Positions 23,788-52,830 of a DNA stretch of 64,000 nt are shown piece by piece. The stretch lies in NCBI GenBank assembly GCA_964252035.1, contig OZ176205.1; one strand, written 5' to 3'. The notes under the pieces were generated by a model. That model made no database searches and was not told where the DNA came from. It was given only the letters and a program-made list of their open reading frames with translations. The translations under genes were made by a program, and so were the position numbers. The stretch is from Podarcis erhardii. Lineage: Eukaryota. Each line of letters starts with the position of its first letter. The first letter of the stretch is position 1.

Positions 23788-26070
23788 CCATTAAAAACCA
23801 ATGCACACCAAACCAAGTGGTTGCAATGTATAGTTCTCCTCCACAAAAATCAACTTTAAATGTGCCTATCACAAAGTCCCCTGGCACTATCTGTCTGCAA
23901 CTGGGCAGGTTTCTTACCTGAGGGGCACCTTTCCCAAACTGTAAAATGGTTTCCCCTTTCAGAAAAATCACTGGAATGATCCTTATGCAATTTAGCAGCA
24001 TACATTCCTTCAGAAGAGTCTGTCATACCTGTAGATTTCATTCAAACCCCCCCCCCAAAAAAACCTATAGATGTTTCTCTTTTTTAAAAAATATATCAAA
24101 TTGTAAAGGTGCCCAGCACAATAAATCCCTGACCAATTTGTCTGATTTGGCAGGCTATATGCACTCTGGAGGGGCTACTTTGCCTAAAGATATTAGCTAA
24201 TTCTGTCAAAAGAAAAGGAGAAAAAAATCCTCAGTCACTTTTGATTAACGATAGGGGGACTTAAGCTTCATTTTTCTAAAGCAACTTTGGACCCAGAACT
24301 GACTCAGACAAACTATGAAACAGTCCAATTTCCAAATAAATGCCAAATCAGGATGAAAACCAAATCTTGTGGCCGGTGCAAAACCTTAATATTTACACAC
24401 AATGAACAAGCAACAAAGTCTGCCTGGCTTTTTGACCCAAAGTTCGAAATAAGTGCAATTAGAAATTGAAATTGATCTTGTACTGTTTAGCTGAACCCCA
24501 GGACATTTAGTACTTAATTATTTGATACAAAATGATGCTCCTAAATGCAAATCTATGAGAGAAAAACAAATAAATCTGCAATGTTCGTGGGATTTTTTTC
24601 ATTTTTTTTATGTACAGAAATACTAATTTGAAGCCAAACAACATTGAAATCATCTTCACACAATTTATTGAAGGGGCAATGTGAGCAAGAAGAGTTCTTT
24701 GCATTGTTTTAATGATAAAATCCTTCTCAATTCCTGATAAAGACATCACGGGCAAATATACCTGTATTGTGCTTTTATATGAGGGTCAAATAGTCCAGTA
24801 ATTCTCTTCTGTACAAATATACAATATTTACATTGCTGTCATATGGCAATATGCAGATTTACAATAAGGATGTAAACAATAAAATTTAGAAGCTGCAATA
24901 TGATTATCACATAACTCTGTAAAACATAAACTATGGTTTTGGATATTCCAATCCAGAGGAATTCCCAGATATTATTTAGCAATATGCTAGAATTTCAATG
25001 GGGAAGATGAGGCATTGGATCACATGCAACTTGGAAGTCGTAATGGTCTAAGGAGTCAAGTAACAGGCAATATTTCAAAAGCAATGCGAATACACCTAGT
25101 GCACTATGATACAGGGTCCCTTGCATGCAGATGATTACTGAGTCAAATATATTCTAATACTGAACTAAAGGGGCTAAAGTGGAACATGTTGCACATTCAT
25201 CCATAACTTCCACAGGGTAAAAATAAAAAAAAGTCCACCTGGGATTCAAGAATAAAGTTATATAATCCTTCAGAAAATTTATTACTCCTTTGTATGTCTT
25301 TCATATTTAGTACATAGTCTGAGTTGTGATACCCAAGGGTCAAGGGAATGTTTTAAGCACAATTCTTGATTTCTGTTTGGAAAGTCTCAGCCTTCTTTCC
25401 CTAGTTCTTGAGAAATGAACAAGGCCACCCAAACTCTGCAAAGCTATACAATTAATCTGGATAGAAGAATTTGATATGAAGGATTTATTAGTCCAATATT
25501 GTTTTGCTACTGCAGACTTCTGTTGAAAGTAGTAAGCCTCTTGAATGGGCTGCGCACGCATCAAGTGAGAAACTCAAGGCTGAGATGCTCAATGAGAAAT
25601 CATATCCTTGTTGTCTTGTGGTTTTCCATCCTTTCCCGATTTCAGCAATATGCAATACAACTCAGTTTATCCACTGGACAAAATGTGCTTGCAGATACAT
25701 TAGACATTGAAATGTATAACACAGGGGTGTTCCCTAAAATGGCACAAGGTAGGCAATATAACTAATTTATGTTAACATCAAATTTCTAATAGCTCTTGGT
25801 CCAAGCAGAACACTATCACTTCAGCTATTTGGGGCAACAAATGGCGCAACTGTTTTATCCAAGTGGTGGGCTGCCAAGTGGTTCATTCATTTCTTTGCAA
25901 CACAACCATAATTTCAGAAGATTAGAAGTTATGTCAGAGATCAGATAGTTTGTCATGATTGTTTCACACTGTCTTTCAGTAACAGTCATTTTCTTGACCC
26001 GCAGTGGATGCTGTCACGTTCAAGAATTGACACTTTATAATAAAGTGAGCATTTATTCTTTTCAGCACTA

Positions 26071-43173
<17,103 letters not shown>

Positions 43174-43782
43174 GCCGACACCCGCCCGCCGACGCCGCAG
43201 CAGCCGCCAACACCGGAAGTCGCGGGAACAAAACAGGAAACGGGGCGTCCAAGGCCGGCCCAGGGAATGCGGCTCAACCATAGAGAGTTGTGAGCATGCG
43301 CCGCACGAAGCTGCGAAGCTGCGGGCGCCCTTCCTTTTGCCCTCAAGCTCTAACGGGGAATCGCTGGGCTTGGCAGGGGGCGAGGGGCGCGCGGTGGGAA
43401 TAGGAAGAGAGCTTGGTAGGAAGCGGACCGCGATGAGAGAAAAAGAGAGAAAAAGCAGGGTAGGAAGAATAGAATAGGGTATGTTCTTGTCTCTACACAC
43501 ACACATAGCTGGATGACAAGGGGGAAGCTTCCAAAATGAAAACGTAAAAGCGCAACGTAACCATACAAAAAGCAGAATTTTGCAGGGAAAGTGGGAGTCC
43601 TCGGGGAGAAATTAAAACGGGATACAATGACCTCTTCTGGTTGCAAGCCATGGATGGTGATCAAAAGCAAAGGATAGAAGTTGAAGGAGAGCTCTCGAGG
43701 CAAAAGTAACATACCGGTCCTACTTAGAATTCAGTTAAAAATACCTCTGTCAACGCCAGTAGCCACTGCCTATGTTAGATTA

Positions 43783-44021
43783 CAATGGTACCTCGGGTTA
43801 AATACGCTTCAGGTTAAATACGCTTCAGGTTACAGACTCCACTTACCCAGAAATATTACCTCGGGTTAAGAACTTTGCTTCAGGATGAGAACAGAAATCG
43901 CGTGGCAGCAGCGGGAGGCCCCATTAGCTAAAGTGGTACCTCAGGCTAAGAATGGTTTCAGGTTAAGAACAGACCTCCGGAACGAATTACTACTGTAAGT
44001 TCTTAACCCGAGGTACCACTG
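43783..44021 (+). mobile_element. Tc1/mariner MITE family C, copy 2 (upstream of MYSM1)
   Basis: TIRs with TA flanks; extra 16-bp subterminal unit; 8-nt insertion at 43990-43997. Confidence 0.9.
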
Positions 44022-44788
44022 TATTGCCCTATTGCTCAGGTATAGAAGATTTGTAAAATGCACGCATTTCGCAGATCCTTAACGAGAAATTTCATATTTA
44101 CGACTAAACAGAGGACTGAAATCATAAATGTGGGAGTATTTTTTCAGATTATTAACTATAAAGTTGTTGAGGCACCAAGAATTGTGTGAGAGCAGACAGC
44201 ACGTCAGCTGCCTTTAATGGTGTTAGCATGACTCAGCTTTATTCTGATGTAAGCTTCTTCTGAGCTTGTTGAAGGAATAATGGGAACCAAATTCTATAAA
44301 TAAACAATATAGCAGGAAGAACAGGTACAACCATCAATTACAAATTTGGTTTTATTATTTTTTTTGTAAATTGTTCTGAAGGTTTTTGTTTTTACAATCA
44401 AGCAGTGTACTGTAGAAGTTTTAAGAAATAAGTAATACTCTTGGTGTTTCTCCATCCTTGCTTTGTTCAAACCTGCCATTGCTTAAAACAGTCACTTTCC
44501 CCCTTTCAGAACCCCCACTTCTTCACTTACTTTCCTTCTTCCATTCCTCAGCTACCCTATATGAGACAGATAATGGATGTGGATCCCACAAATTTTTCAT
44601 AGTATGTTCCCATAGAGTGTTTCACTCTTACCATATATTGCCTTCGAAATAAAGTTCCAGATTCAATGCAGTAATTCAGATATTTTATTATCAAGCAAAC
44701 ACCCATATATAAACAACAACTTAAGCTTCTCTAACTGAACAAGCTAACTGACATACCATCTCTTAAAATTTTATTTGTTTTAAAGATA

Positions 44789-45154
44789 AAGTAAAGGTAA
44801 AGGGACCCCTGACCGTTAGGTCATCGCGGATGACTCTGGGTTTGCGGTGCTCATCTTGCTTTACTGGCCGAGGGAGCCTGCATTTGTCTGCAGACAGCTT
44901 TCCGGGTCATGTGGCCAGCATGACTAAGCCGCTTTTGGCAAACCAGAGCAGCACATGGAAACGCCATTTACCTTCCCACCGGAGCGGTACCAATTTATCT
45001 ATTTGCACTTTGATGAGCTTTTGAACTGCTAGGTTGGCAGGAGCAGGGAACGAGCAATGGGAGCTCACCCTATCGCAGGGATTTGAACCACCAACTTTCT
45101 GATCAGCAAGCCCTAGTCTCTATGGTTTGGACCACAGCACCACCCACGTCCCAG
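44789..45154 (-). mobile_element. Full-length Sauria-type SINE
   Basis: tRNA-derived head at the right end, (ACCTTT)n-type tail at the left; 12-bp TSD GTTTTAAAGATA at 44777-44788 and 45155-45166. Confidence 0.9.
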
Positions 45155-45473
45155 GTTTTAAAGATACAATAACATATAATCATGAGGGTATATGTGCAAA
45201 TGGGACTACAGAATATGAGAGAAGAGAAGGCCTGGAGGGGGGCTGTGTGAATTGGGGTGCCCAAATGGAGAGGGAGGCATGGACATAGGGGAAAACGGGT
45301 GGATATAGGTGCAAAGTTGGGCTGCAGAACAGAAGAGAGTAGCTGCTTCAAAGGTATAGTTGGGAAGGTGAAATGGAGGTTTAGCAATTGCATGGGGTGA
45401 AAAAGGAAAGAAAAAGAGGGTTAATGTGGGGGCACTGGGGGTTGCCAAATGGAATGAGCAGGGAGGGCAGAAC

Positions 45474-45619
45474 CATGGGCGTAGCCAAGAGGGGGCAGCT
45501 CCCCCCTTCCCCCGATCAAGTAAAACAATATAAATACTTAACTAACTGACCAATCACGTCAGTTCTGTCCCTCCAACAATGTCCTGCCCTCCCTAACAAA
45601 AATCCTGGCTGCACCCATG
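45474..45619. mobile_element. hAT MITE family A, copy 2
   Basis: CATGGGCGTAGCCA TIR; perfect 8-bp TSD GGCAGAAC. Confidence 0.85.
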
Positions 45620-46375
45620 GGCAGAACCCTCCTAGTACAGTAATATCTATAATCCCAACCACACCCCGACAAGCTTATGTCCAAAGCAGCTAATATCAAT
45701 TGTAATAAAACAGCACACAACAATAAAACATCAAAACAAATCAGGAACAATAAGAGATAGGCAGGCAATCTAAAACTAAAATCTAAATGCTAAGCGGTAA
45801 TCCAACTGAATAATTTTGAAGAGCAAACCAAAACAACACTGTCAAGGAGGGAGATAGCTTAGTCCCTCCATGGAATGGCATTCCATGTGCTGGGTGCCAT
45901 TACAAGAGAAGGTTAACCTTTCCATGACTGTATTTAAGTACTGTAGTAGCCTAGTACCTGTAGGCAGCATGGAATTGCATGCAGGCAAGTGAGTAGGCTT
46001 GAGGAGAAGGAGGGATGAGGGCCCCATTCCTCCTCTGTGCTCAGAATAGAAACCAAGTGCACTGGTAGTTGAGGGAAGCCCTGCCTCTGTAGGAATGCAG
46101 AGAGGCTTGCTTCGGGAGGAATGAAACACTTCTGCCAACCGCCTCCAGTGGACGGACTAGTTGTTTTCTTAAGGCTAGGACCTTTTGTGGGCTTGTTTAT
46201 AGGAACCCTCCCTCCTTTAAGATTTTGATTTAAAATAATAATAATCAAAAGTTCCAACCACTGATTTCCTGCATTGACCCTGAAATAGGGCAGCCCAGAC
46301 ACAGGTGAGAACAAGGCACTAGACAGCAATAAGAATCAACTTGTGCTTCTTACAGGTAGTTTCTTCTTAGCACAT

Positions 46376-48646
46376 TTATCTTATCAATAACATTTTCTTT
46401 TTCAAAAGAGTAACAATTTGAGCCTGGCTTTCAGTTGGGCTGGATTCTGCTACTTGAAGTGGAGTCTTCTTCAGGCTATTTGTGGCCTGTAGATTTGCTT
46501 TACCCCCCTCAGACCAGCTGACCAGTGCGCTCACACAGTTAAAATGACCGGCTCTGCAAGCACAATGCAATGGTGTGTCCTTATTGTTGTCCAGAGCATT
46601 AATGGCTGAACCGTTGCTCAAGAAGAAATGTATTAGGTCGCTGTGTCCGTGTTCTGCTGCAAGATGTAGCGGCGTCTTCCTCCAAATATTTTTGTCATCG
46701 ATATTTTTATTCTTGCCAGCAGCCAGAAGGGCCTGTAGTATCTCCACATTCCCATTGATGGCGGCATAGTGCATAGATGTGCATCCGTCCATGTCTTTGG
46801 CACCAAACCTGGACTTCTTCGCTAACAGCGCTTTCACTGCGTTAAGATGACCTCCCATGGCTGCAAGATGAAGCGGGGTCTTTTTCTCCTTGTCTGTTGC
46901 ATTGGAGTCAGCATTGTAGTTCAGCAGCAGTTCTACCATAGCAGGGTTTCCTGCTTCAGCAGCAAGATGCAGAGCTGTCTTTGCCTGCTTATCCTTAAAG
47001 TTGACATTAGCCTTTCGCCACAGCAGCTTTTGCGCAACTTCCACATGGCCCTTATAACTTGCAACGTGCAAGGGAGTGAGCAGTTCTTTAGTGACCGAAT
47101 CAGTTTTTGCACCTCCGTCAATTAATAAGTCAACTAGCCCTCCCTTATTGTGCAATGCGGCCATGTGGAGGGGGGCCTGATCTCCCTGCCCGGCAATGTT
47201 GGCATCCAATCCTTTGCTCAGGAGCATCTTTGCAATGGAGGAGGCTCCAGCTTGAACTGCCAGATGTAAAGCACTGCTTGAGTCTGGGGTCTTGTCCGTC
47301 AGGCTCGCTCCCTTTTCAATGAGAACTTTTGCTGACTCGGTCTTGCCCATCTCACATGCCACAAGCAGTGGTGTGTACTGCGCTTTGTCGAGGGCGTTTT
47401 TGTTGGTTCCTTTGTCAATTAAAGCTGCTACGATGCCATGCAGGTCCTTTTGAACGGCTTTAAAGAGAGCTGACACCATCGTAGCCGGCGACATGCCTTT
47501 GGAATAGTCCAGCAATAACTTGAAGAGAGATTGACTGTTGCTGTTAAAGGCTACATCAATGATGCTGGAATCAATGTTGGCTCCAGCTTCCAGGAGAACC
47601 TGGACAGTCTTCTCAAACCCTCGAGACACAGCATAGCCCAAAGCGGTCTGTCCTCTCTCATCCTTGGCATCCTTCAAAGCACCATTCTTTAGGATGGCTT
47701 GCACCAGCTCACTGTCATCTCTGAGAGCAGCCATGTGCAGGAAGTTGTGTTGGTTCTTGTGTCGCCTCGCCTCTTCTTTCAGGATGCTCTTCAGAACATG
47801 GGTGTGGTGGTTCTGATGGGCCAAATGAAGGGGGCTCTTGCCTTCCTGATCCAAGGTGTACATGTTGGCACCCGATTGGAGCAGCATTTTCACAGCTTCG
47901 CCGTGACCTCTCTCAGCAGCTCTGTGTAGCGGGGTTCTTCCTTTCTTATCCTTAACTTCCAGCTTAGCCCCTCTGCCGATTAGATAGTCAATTATTTCTG
48001 TATGCCCGTGAGCTGCTGCAATGTGTAGGAGGGTTTCATCTTCAGAGTTTACTGCGTTAATATCATTCTCTTTTAAGATCTTTTCTAAATAGGAAAGATT
48101 ACCTTTAGCCACAGAAACAAAGATGGAAAGAGAATTGAAAGAATTGTCTTGGGATTTCACAGCAGCTGAATCCTGTTTTACTTTATGTTTGATCTGAGTC
48201 AGCTTTTCTGGCTTAGCTAAAACCTGTCTGGGGCTATCCTTCTTTTCTTGGTGAGGATCTTTACCCTTTTGAACCCACCCTTTATCTTTCTCCAGTAGAT
48301 ACCCTATCAGTTGCCTTCTGGCATCACCAATTCTTTCATTCACATTGCTGACATAACTCCTCATGTTGTTATATAGCTGTGGCTCAATCTGTTTCAGACA
48401 TGGGTAAAAAAAGAGCCTGCAAGCTCGCTCACCTTGAGAAACCAATATATCCAGGACCCTGGAGTTCTTTGCAGTTCTTGTTCTGTAGTAGGATAAGACC
48501 ATTTTTTTCTCTGGTGTAAAAATGCCACGTTCTATCAGCCAGTTCAGAAGCTGATCAGGGTTCCTTATGCCATCTACAAGTTCATCCTTTTTAGTTCTCA
48601 GTACTTCTGTGGCATAGGGATTTGTGAACATGCCAGCTGAATACAT
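46376..48646 (-). CDS. CAIAP: CARD- and ankyrin-repeat-containing inflammasome adaptor-like protein (Caiap), intronless, 756 aa
   Basis: Uninterrupted ORF; N-terminal CARD (about aa 8-97: [42 protein letters not shown]); about 16-18 TPLH-type ankyrin repeats to the C-terminus. ORF and domains are near certain; the symbol rests on recalled Caiap architecture. Confidence 0.85.
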   Translation of the reverse strand: MYSAGMFTNPYATEVLRTKKDELVDGIRNPDQLLNWLIERGIFTPEKKMVLSYYRTRTAKNSRVLDILVSQGERACRLFFYPCLKQIEPQLYNNMRSYVSNVNERIGDARRQLIGYLLEKDKGWVQKGKDPHQEKKDSPRQVLAKPEKLTQIKHKVKQDSAAVKSQDNSFNSLSIFVSVAKGNLSYLEKILKENDINAVNSEDETLLHIAAAHGHTEIIDYLIGRGAKLEVKDKKGRTPLHRAAERGHGEAVKMLLQSGANMYTLDQEGKSPLHLAHQNHHTHVLKSILKEEARRHKNQHNFLHMAALRDDSELVQAILKNGALKDAKDERGQTALGYAVSRGFEKTVQVLLEAGANIDSSIIDVAFNSNSQSLFKLLLDYSKGMSPATMVSALFKAVQKDLHGIVAALIDKGTNKNALDKAQYTPLLVACEMGKTESAKVLIEKGASLTDKTPDSSSALHLAVQAGASSIAKMLLSKGLDANIAGQGDQAPLHMAALHNKGGLVDLLIDGGAKTDSVTKELLTPLHVASYKGHVEVAQKLLWRKANVNFKDKQAKTALHLAAEAGNPAMVELLLNYNADSNATDKEKKTPLHLAAMGGHLNAVKALLAKKSRFGAKDMDGCTSMHYAAINGNVEILQALLAAGKNKNIDDKNIWRKTPLHLAAEHGHSDLIHFFLSNGSAINALDNNKDTPLHCACRAGHFNCVSALVSWSEGGKANLQATNSLKKTPLQVAESSPTESQAQIVTLLKKKMLLIR

Positions 48647-49759
48647 TATGTGTTTAGATTATGCACCCGCAATACATTAAACATGCCTTTGAAGTTCGGT
48701 ATTTAGCATGAGAAAGTGCAGTTTGCTCCAGTTTCTGCCAACAAATATTCTGGTGGTCCAACTGGAAATTTCAGCGACAACCACACACACGGGGGGAAAG
48801 GGAGAGCATAAACTTTTCACCTTTCGTTGTGCAACGCTGTTGCCTTCCAATTCTCTTTTCTATTCCTTAACAACAGACTGGAGTTGACGAATTGAAACAA
48901 AACAAAACTCAGTAAAAATATTCCAGTAAAAATGGTCGCATTGCAAGAACTTGCAAGATAAAATCGGGAGGAAGTTTTCAAAGTTGGTAGCTAAGCTGTT
49001 GATGGATAGAAACTTTAAAAAAAAAATGTATTTGGCATGTGTGACCCATCTGTCAGACATGTCAGAAGAAAAGCAGCAGGCTAGTAACTGTTGCTATGTA
49101 ATTAGCCTTTGTGTAACATTAAGATAAAATTGTATACCCGTCAGTTAGTTACACAGCGGCATATCACACAGTGATCAAAAGCTGCAGGGCAAGTAGCTAA
49201 GAATGAGTTTAATGTTTCAAAAAAAGTAGATCCCACATTTATTTTATTTATTTAGAAAAATGCATTAGCCACTTTTTTTAAAAAAAGACTATCCTAAGCA
49301 ATGTACATACAACAATAAAACTTTTCAGACAGCAACATAATGGCATGCTATGAAAGGGCCATATAGGTGAAACATGAAAGAAAATCAAGAAAGAATACAT
49401 TTATTTTGCCTTTCCCAACATGTAATAATTCAATCAGTGCTGTGAGCTCATGGTGTTTCCATAAAGGCAAATTCTCATTGAAAACACATCTGTCCTCAAG
49501 GTGGAATATTTTAACAACTGAGGAATTTTCATTAAAGCGATATGGGCAAATTATAATGACGGCTTCTAATAAACAGAAGATTAGCAGAACAATCTTACAT
49601 AGCAATTGCACCAGGAGTAAAGTTGCATCACTTCTATTTTATATTTATGGACATATTCATAGTCTGCCCTCTCACAAAATATCAGGGCAGTGCACAGCAA
49701 TATAACAAAATATTTTTTAAAAAGCAGTATGGAATAATCATTAAAATAACTGGCTACTC

Positions 49760-49790
49760 AATAAATAAATAAATAAATAAATAAATAAAT
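49760..49790. repeat. (AAAT)n microsatellite
   Basis: Direct reading. Confidence 0.9.
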
Positions 49791-50096
49791 GCATAGGTCT
49801 GTCAGCAGCATTCTGCTAAGCAGGTAGGATGGCTATACATGCTCAGCCCAGGAGTAGAAGAGAAAACACACAAAACAGAAAATTCAAAAATAGCATAAAA
49901 GCAGAAGATAGGCCCCTGCATCCGTGAACACATAGCCAAAATCCACCACACACGAACCATACACAGAGGAAGCCAGTGAACTCACAGTGAAAAGGACATG
50001 CTTTTGGGCACTGTGCCATTCTTTTGCATGCTGCGCAGGGGTATATTCTGATACACCCCCACACAACGTATGAAAGAATGCCACCGCACCCAAAAC

Positions 50097-50220
50097 TAAG
50101 GTAACCAGACATCCCCATTTCCTAGGGACAGTCCCCAGATTTACAAATCAGTCCCCATACAAAATCCATTGAAGTTGAAAAGTGTCCCCGGATTCATTGG
50201 AAAAACATCTGGTAACCTTA
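50097..50220. mobile_element. hAT MITE, 124 bp
   Basis: Perfect 13-bp TIR TAAGGTAACCAGA / TCTGGTAACCTTA; perfect 8-bp TSD CCCAAAAC. Confidence 0.9.
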
Positions 50221-51749
50221 CCCAAAACCATCAGGCAGCAACAACTTTCCTCCTTCTACTAGCACCCCTCCAGGCAGGGGCTCCATTTTCCTTATGCTGC
50301 TCACAAGCAGTGCTGGGAACGCCACAGAATGGGATGGCACAACACAGAGTGTCAAGCTCAGAACGTCCTCCCCTCCCTTTGATAACTTCACAGATAAAAA
50401 TTAACAAGCAGTTGATAGATTTATAGTCTTTTTATTACAGCTTCATGTTGCGATCACAAAATAGGCAGCTCTCCTCAAGGAGGGCAGTTCCTCATTTGTG
50501 GAGGAAGTTCCTCAAAGAAAGTGGGATATATATTTTAAAAGAAATGTTCACATAGAACAAATGGGTCACAATTGTCACACTTTGCAGCCAGTGTTTCCCA
50601 CTTCCTTTGCTTGCCTGTGTGCGATGTGGTTGTTGGATCGGAGGGGGGGGTTATTGTTGGGTTTCGAGGTTCCCCCCTAGAAGTGAGGTTCTCAAATTCC
50701 CCTATATGTTCTGGAAGCCGGTTGTCTGTGGATGCTTCCAGACTACCATCACTTTTGGATCTCTCACCCATTATAATAGATGCCAATTATGTTCCTTCAC
50801 GAAATAACATGGCCCTTCTTCTTAACCCACTTCCAAGAAGATGGGTACATCGTGGTAAACAGCAACAGCACTACAGGCTTCTCACGCTTAAAAAGTAGGC
50901 TTTTTGCAGTAAGAAATGTGATGGGGGGAAGCAGTAGAAAGTGTGGGATAATTCCCACTTGATGGCAGTGTTGTATAACCTCTGCAGAAATGTTGTACAA
51001 ACCAATGAGACCAAATGCCCAACAAACAGGTCTCTGGAAACCACTCCTGTGTCTGCAAATCCCCCCACCTCTTTCCTGGTTTCCCCATCTGGCCTTTGGG
51101 AGCTCTAGGCATGGGGCAAGTGGGGACGTGCCTTCAGCTGCAGTCTCCCTATGTAGGATTTATTTACCTGGTGTGCTGCAATTGGGTGATGAGTTACACC
51201 ATATCCTATGCCTGGCCCAGCAAAGTGAGCAGGATGGTCATTGACACAAGGAGGTTTTCTTTTCCCCTTTTATCTTTTTAAAGAAGTTTCTCTCCCACTG
51301 GCGTCAGCAGGAGGGAAACTCTTTGCATCTTTAACTGTTTATGGCATGTTTATGGCATGGTCACTGGAGCCTAGAGAAGTATAGCATATCACGTAACTGT
51401 GCACTTCTCTGGGCCACCCCATCCTGACTCCACTCCACAGGCAGATCTTCACTGGCAGAAAACCTACACAAGCCAAACTATTCTGCTGATGTCAGATTTC
51501 ATCAGCGTATCTGTCATGTCTGCACCATCCCTGGCATTCTGCTTATGGTGCTGAGTTTCTGTCAAATCCTCAGTCAGCAATGGTCAAATACAGGACTGTG
51601 TCCTGAATATAGTTTTTCCTAGAACTATCATAGGCAGATAGTAGAAAATTGGTGGGGTTTTTTGAAAAATGGATTGAATAACTAAAGGAGATAAGTGGCT
51701 AATTGGGATCCAGAACAATCTTAGAGCATTTTTGTATTTCTTCCTATAG

Positions 51750-51810
51750 AGCCAGTGTAGCATAGTGGTTAGAGTATTGGGCTATGACCTGGAAGACCAG
51801 GGTTTGAATA
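51750..51810 (+). mobile_element. tRNA-derived SINE head fragment
   Basis: A-box 'tagcatagtggttagag' and B-box-like 'gggtttgaat'; not a complete tRNA. Confidence 0.45.
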
Positions 51811-52334
51811 AAGATAGGATATAAATGGAATAATAAATACATACAAATAAATAAAAATGTCTTTTGGTCTGGAATGTGCGGCTTGTGTTAAAGTAGGATT
51901 GAAACCGGAACGAATGCTTTGATAATTTCTAGTCAAATAAAGTTTTGCATATTAATTAGAGACTTGGGAAATGCAAAGCAAAATAAAACAGAACAGTGTA
52001 AATGCTGTTGGGATCAGGTGGGATCTGTATTCCTGGAATCTTAGGGATTTGCAGTAAGCAGCATCTTTAAGGGAAAAGTGTGTGTGTGTGCGCGCGTGCG
52101 TGATATTTGGCTGGGAAAGCACTTGGAGAGGAAAGTAGTAACCTCGTTGCCAATGGGCCCAAATGGCTGTTGTAGTTTTTGAAAAGGAACTGGCCAGTTT
52201 TGTGCACACTTTAGAAGAATGCATACTTAACGTAATGTGTTGTTTGAGCCGAAGACGTGGTGGCCCATCTGTAGGTGGTGAATTGAACAAGTTAAATGTG
52301 GTAGATAAAGCAGAGAGGCCCAGTGGGTAGATTT

Positions 52335-52830
52335 TCATGCTCGGAGAAAGAGCATTTGCTTTGTATGCAGAAGGTCCCAGTTTCAATACCTAGTACAGTG
52401 GTGCCCCGCAAGACGAATGCCTCGCAAGACGAAAAACCCGCTAGACGAAAGGGTTTTCCTTTTTTCGAGGCGCTTTGCAAGACGAATTTCCCTATGGGCT
52501 TGCTTCGCAAGATGAAAACGTCTTGCGAGTCTTGCGAGTTTTTTCCCTCCCCCCCCTTTTTCTAAGCCACTAAGCCGCTAATAGCCGCTTAGCCGCTAAG
52601 CTGCTAATAGCGCTAATCCGCTAAGCCGCTAATAGGGATGCTTCGCAAGACGAAAAAACCGCTAGACGAAGAGACTCGCGGAACGGATTATTTTCGTCTT
52701 GCGAGGCACCACTGTATCTCCAGGAGGGCTGGGAATGACTTCTGTCTGAACCTCTGGGGAAACACTGGCAGTCATTGTAGACAGTATTGAGCTATATTGA
52801 CCAATGATGTGATTCAGGGTAAGTCTAATT
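52335..52830 (+). mobile_element. tRNA-derived SINE interrupted by a MITE
   Basis: Head 'gagcatttgctttgtatgcagaaggtcccagtttcaatacc' resumes after 52716 with 'tctccagg...gtagacagtattgagcta'; related copy at 57594-57760. Confidence 0.6.
52396..52714. mobile_element. Tc1/mariner-type MITE family D, 319 bp
   Basis: TIR CAGTGGTGCC..CGCAAGACGAA / TTCGTCTTGCGAGGCACCACTG; TA flanks. Confidence 0.88.

Noticed and set aside
48855-48880. TTCCTTAAC, a perfect U12 branch motif on plus
   Set aside because: Too close to the next AG, and no matching U12 donor or exon on that strand
50440-51300. Cluster of medium ORFs on both strands, suggesting a decayed gene or integrase
   Set aside because: Manual translation gave no convincing family motif, splice pattern or TSD; a tBLASTx search would settle it
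51750-51810. Possible tRNA gene
   Set aside because: Only A/B-box remnants and no cloverleaf; better explained as a SINE head
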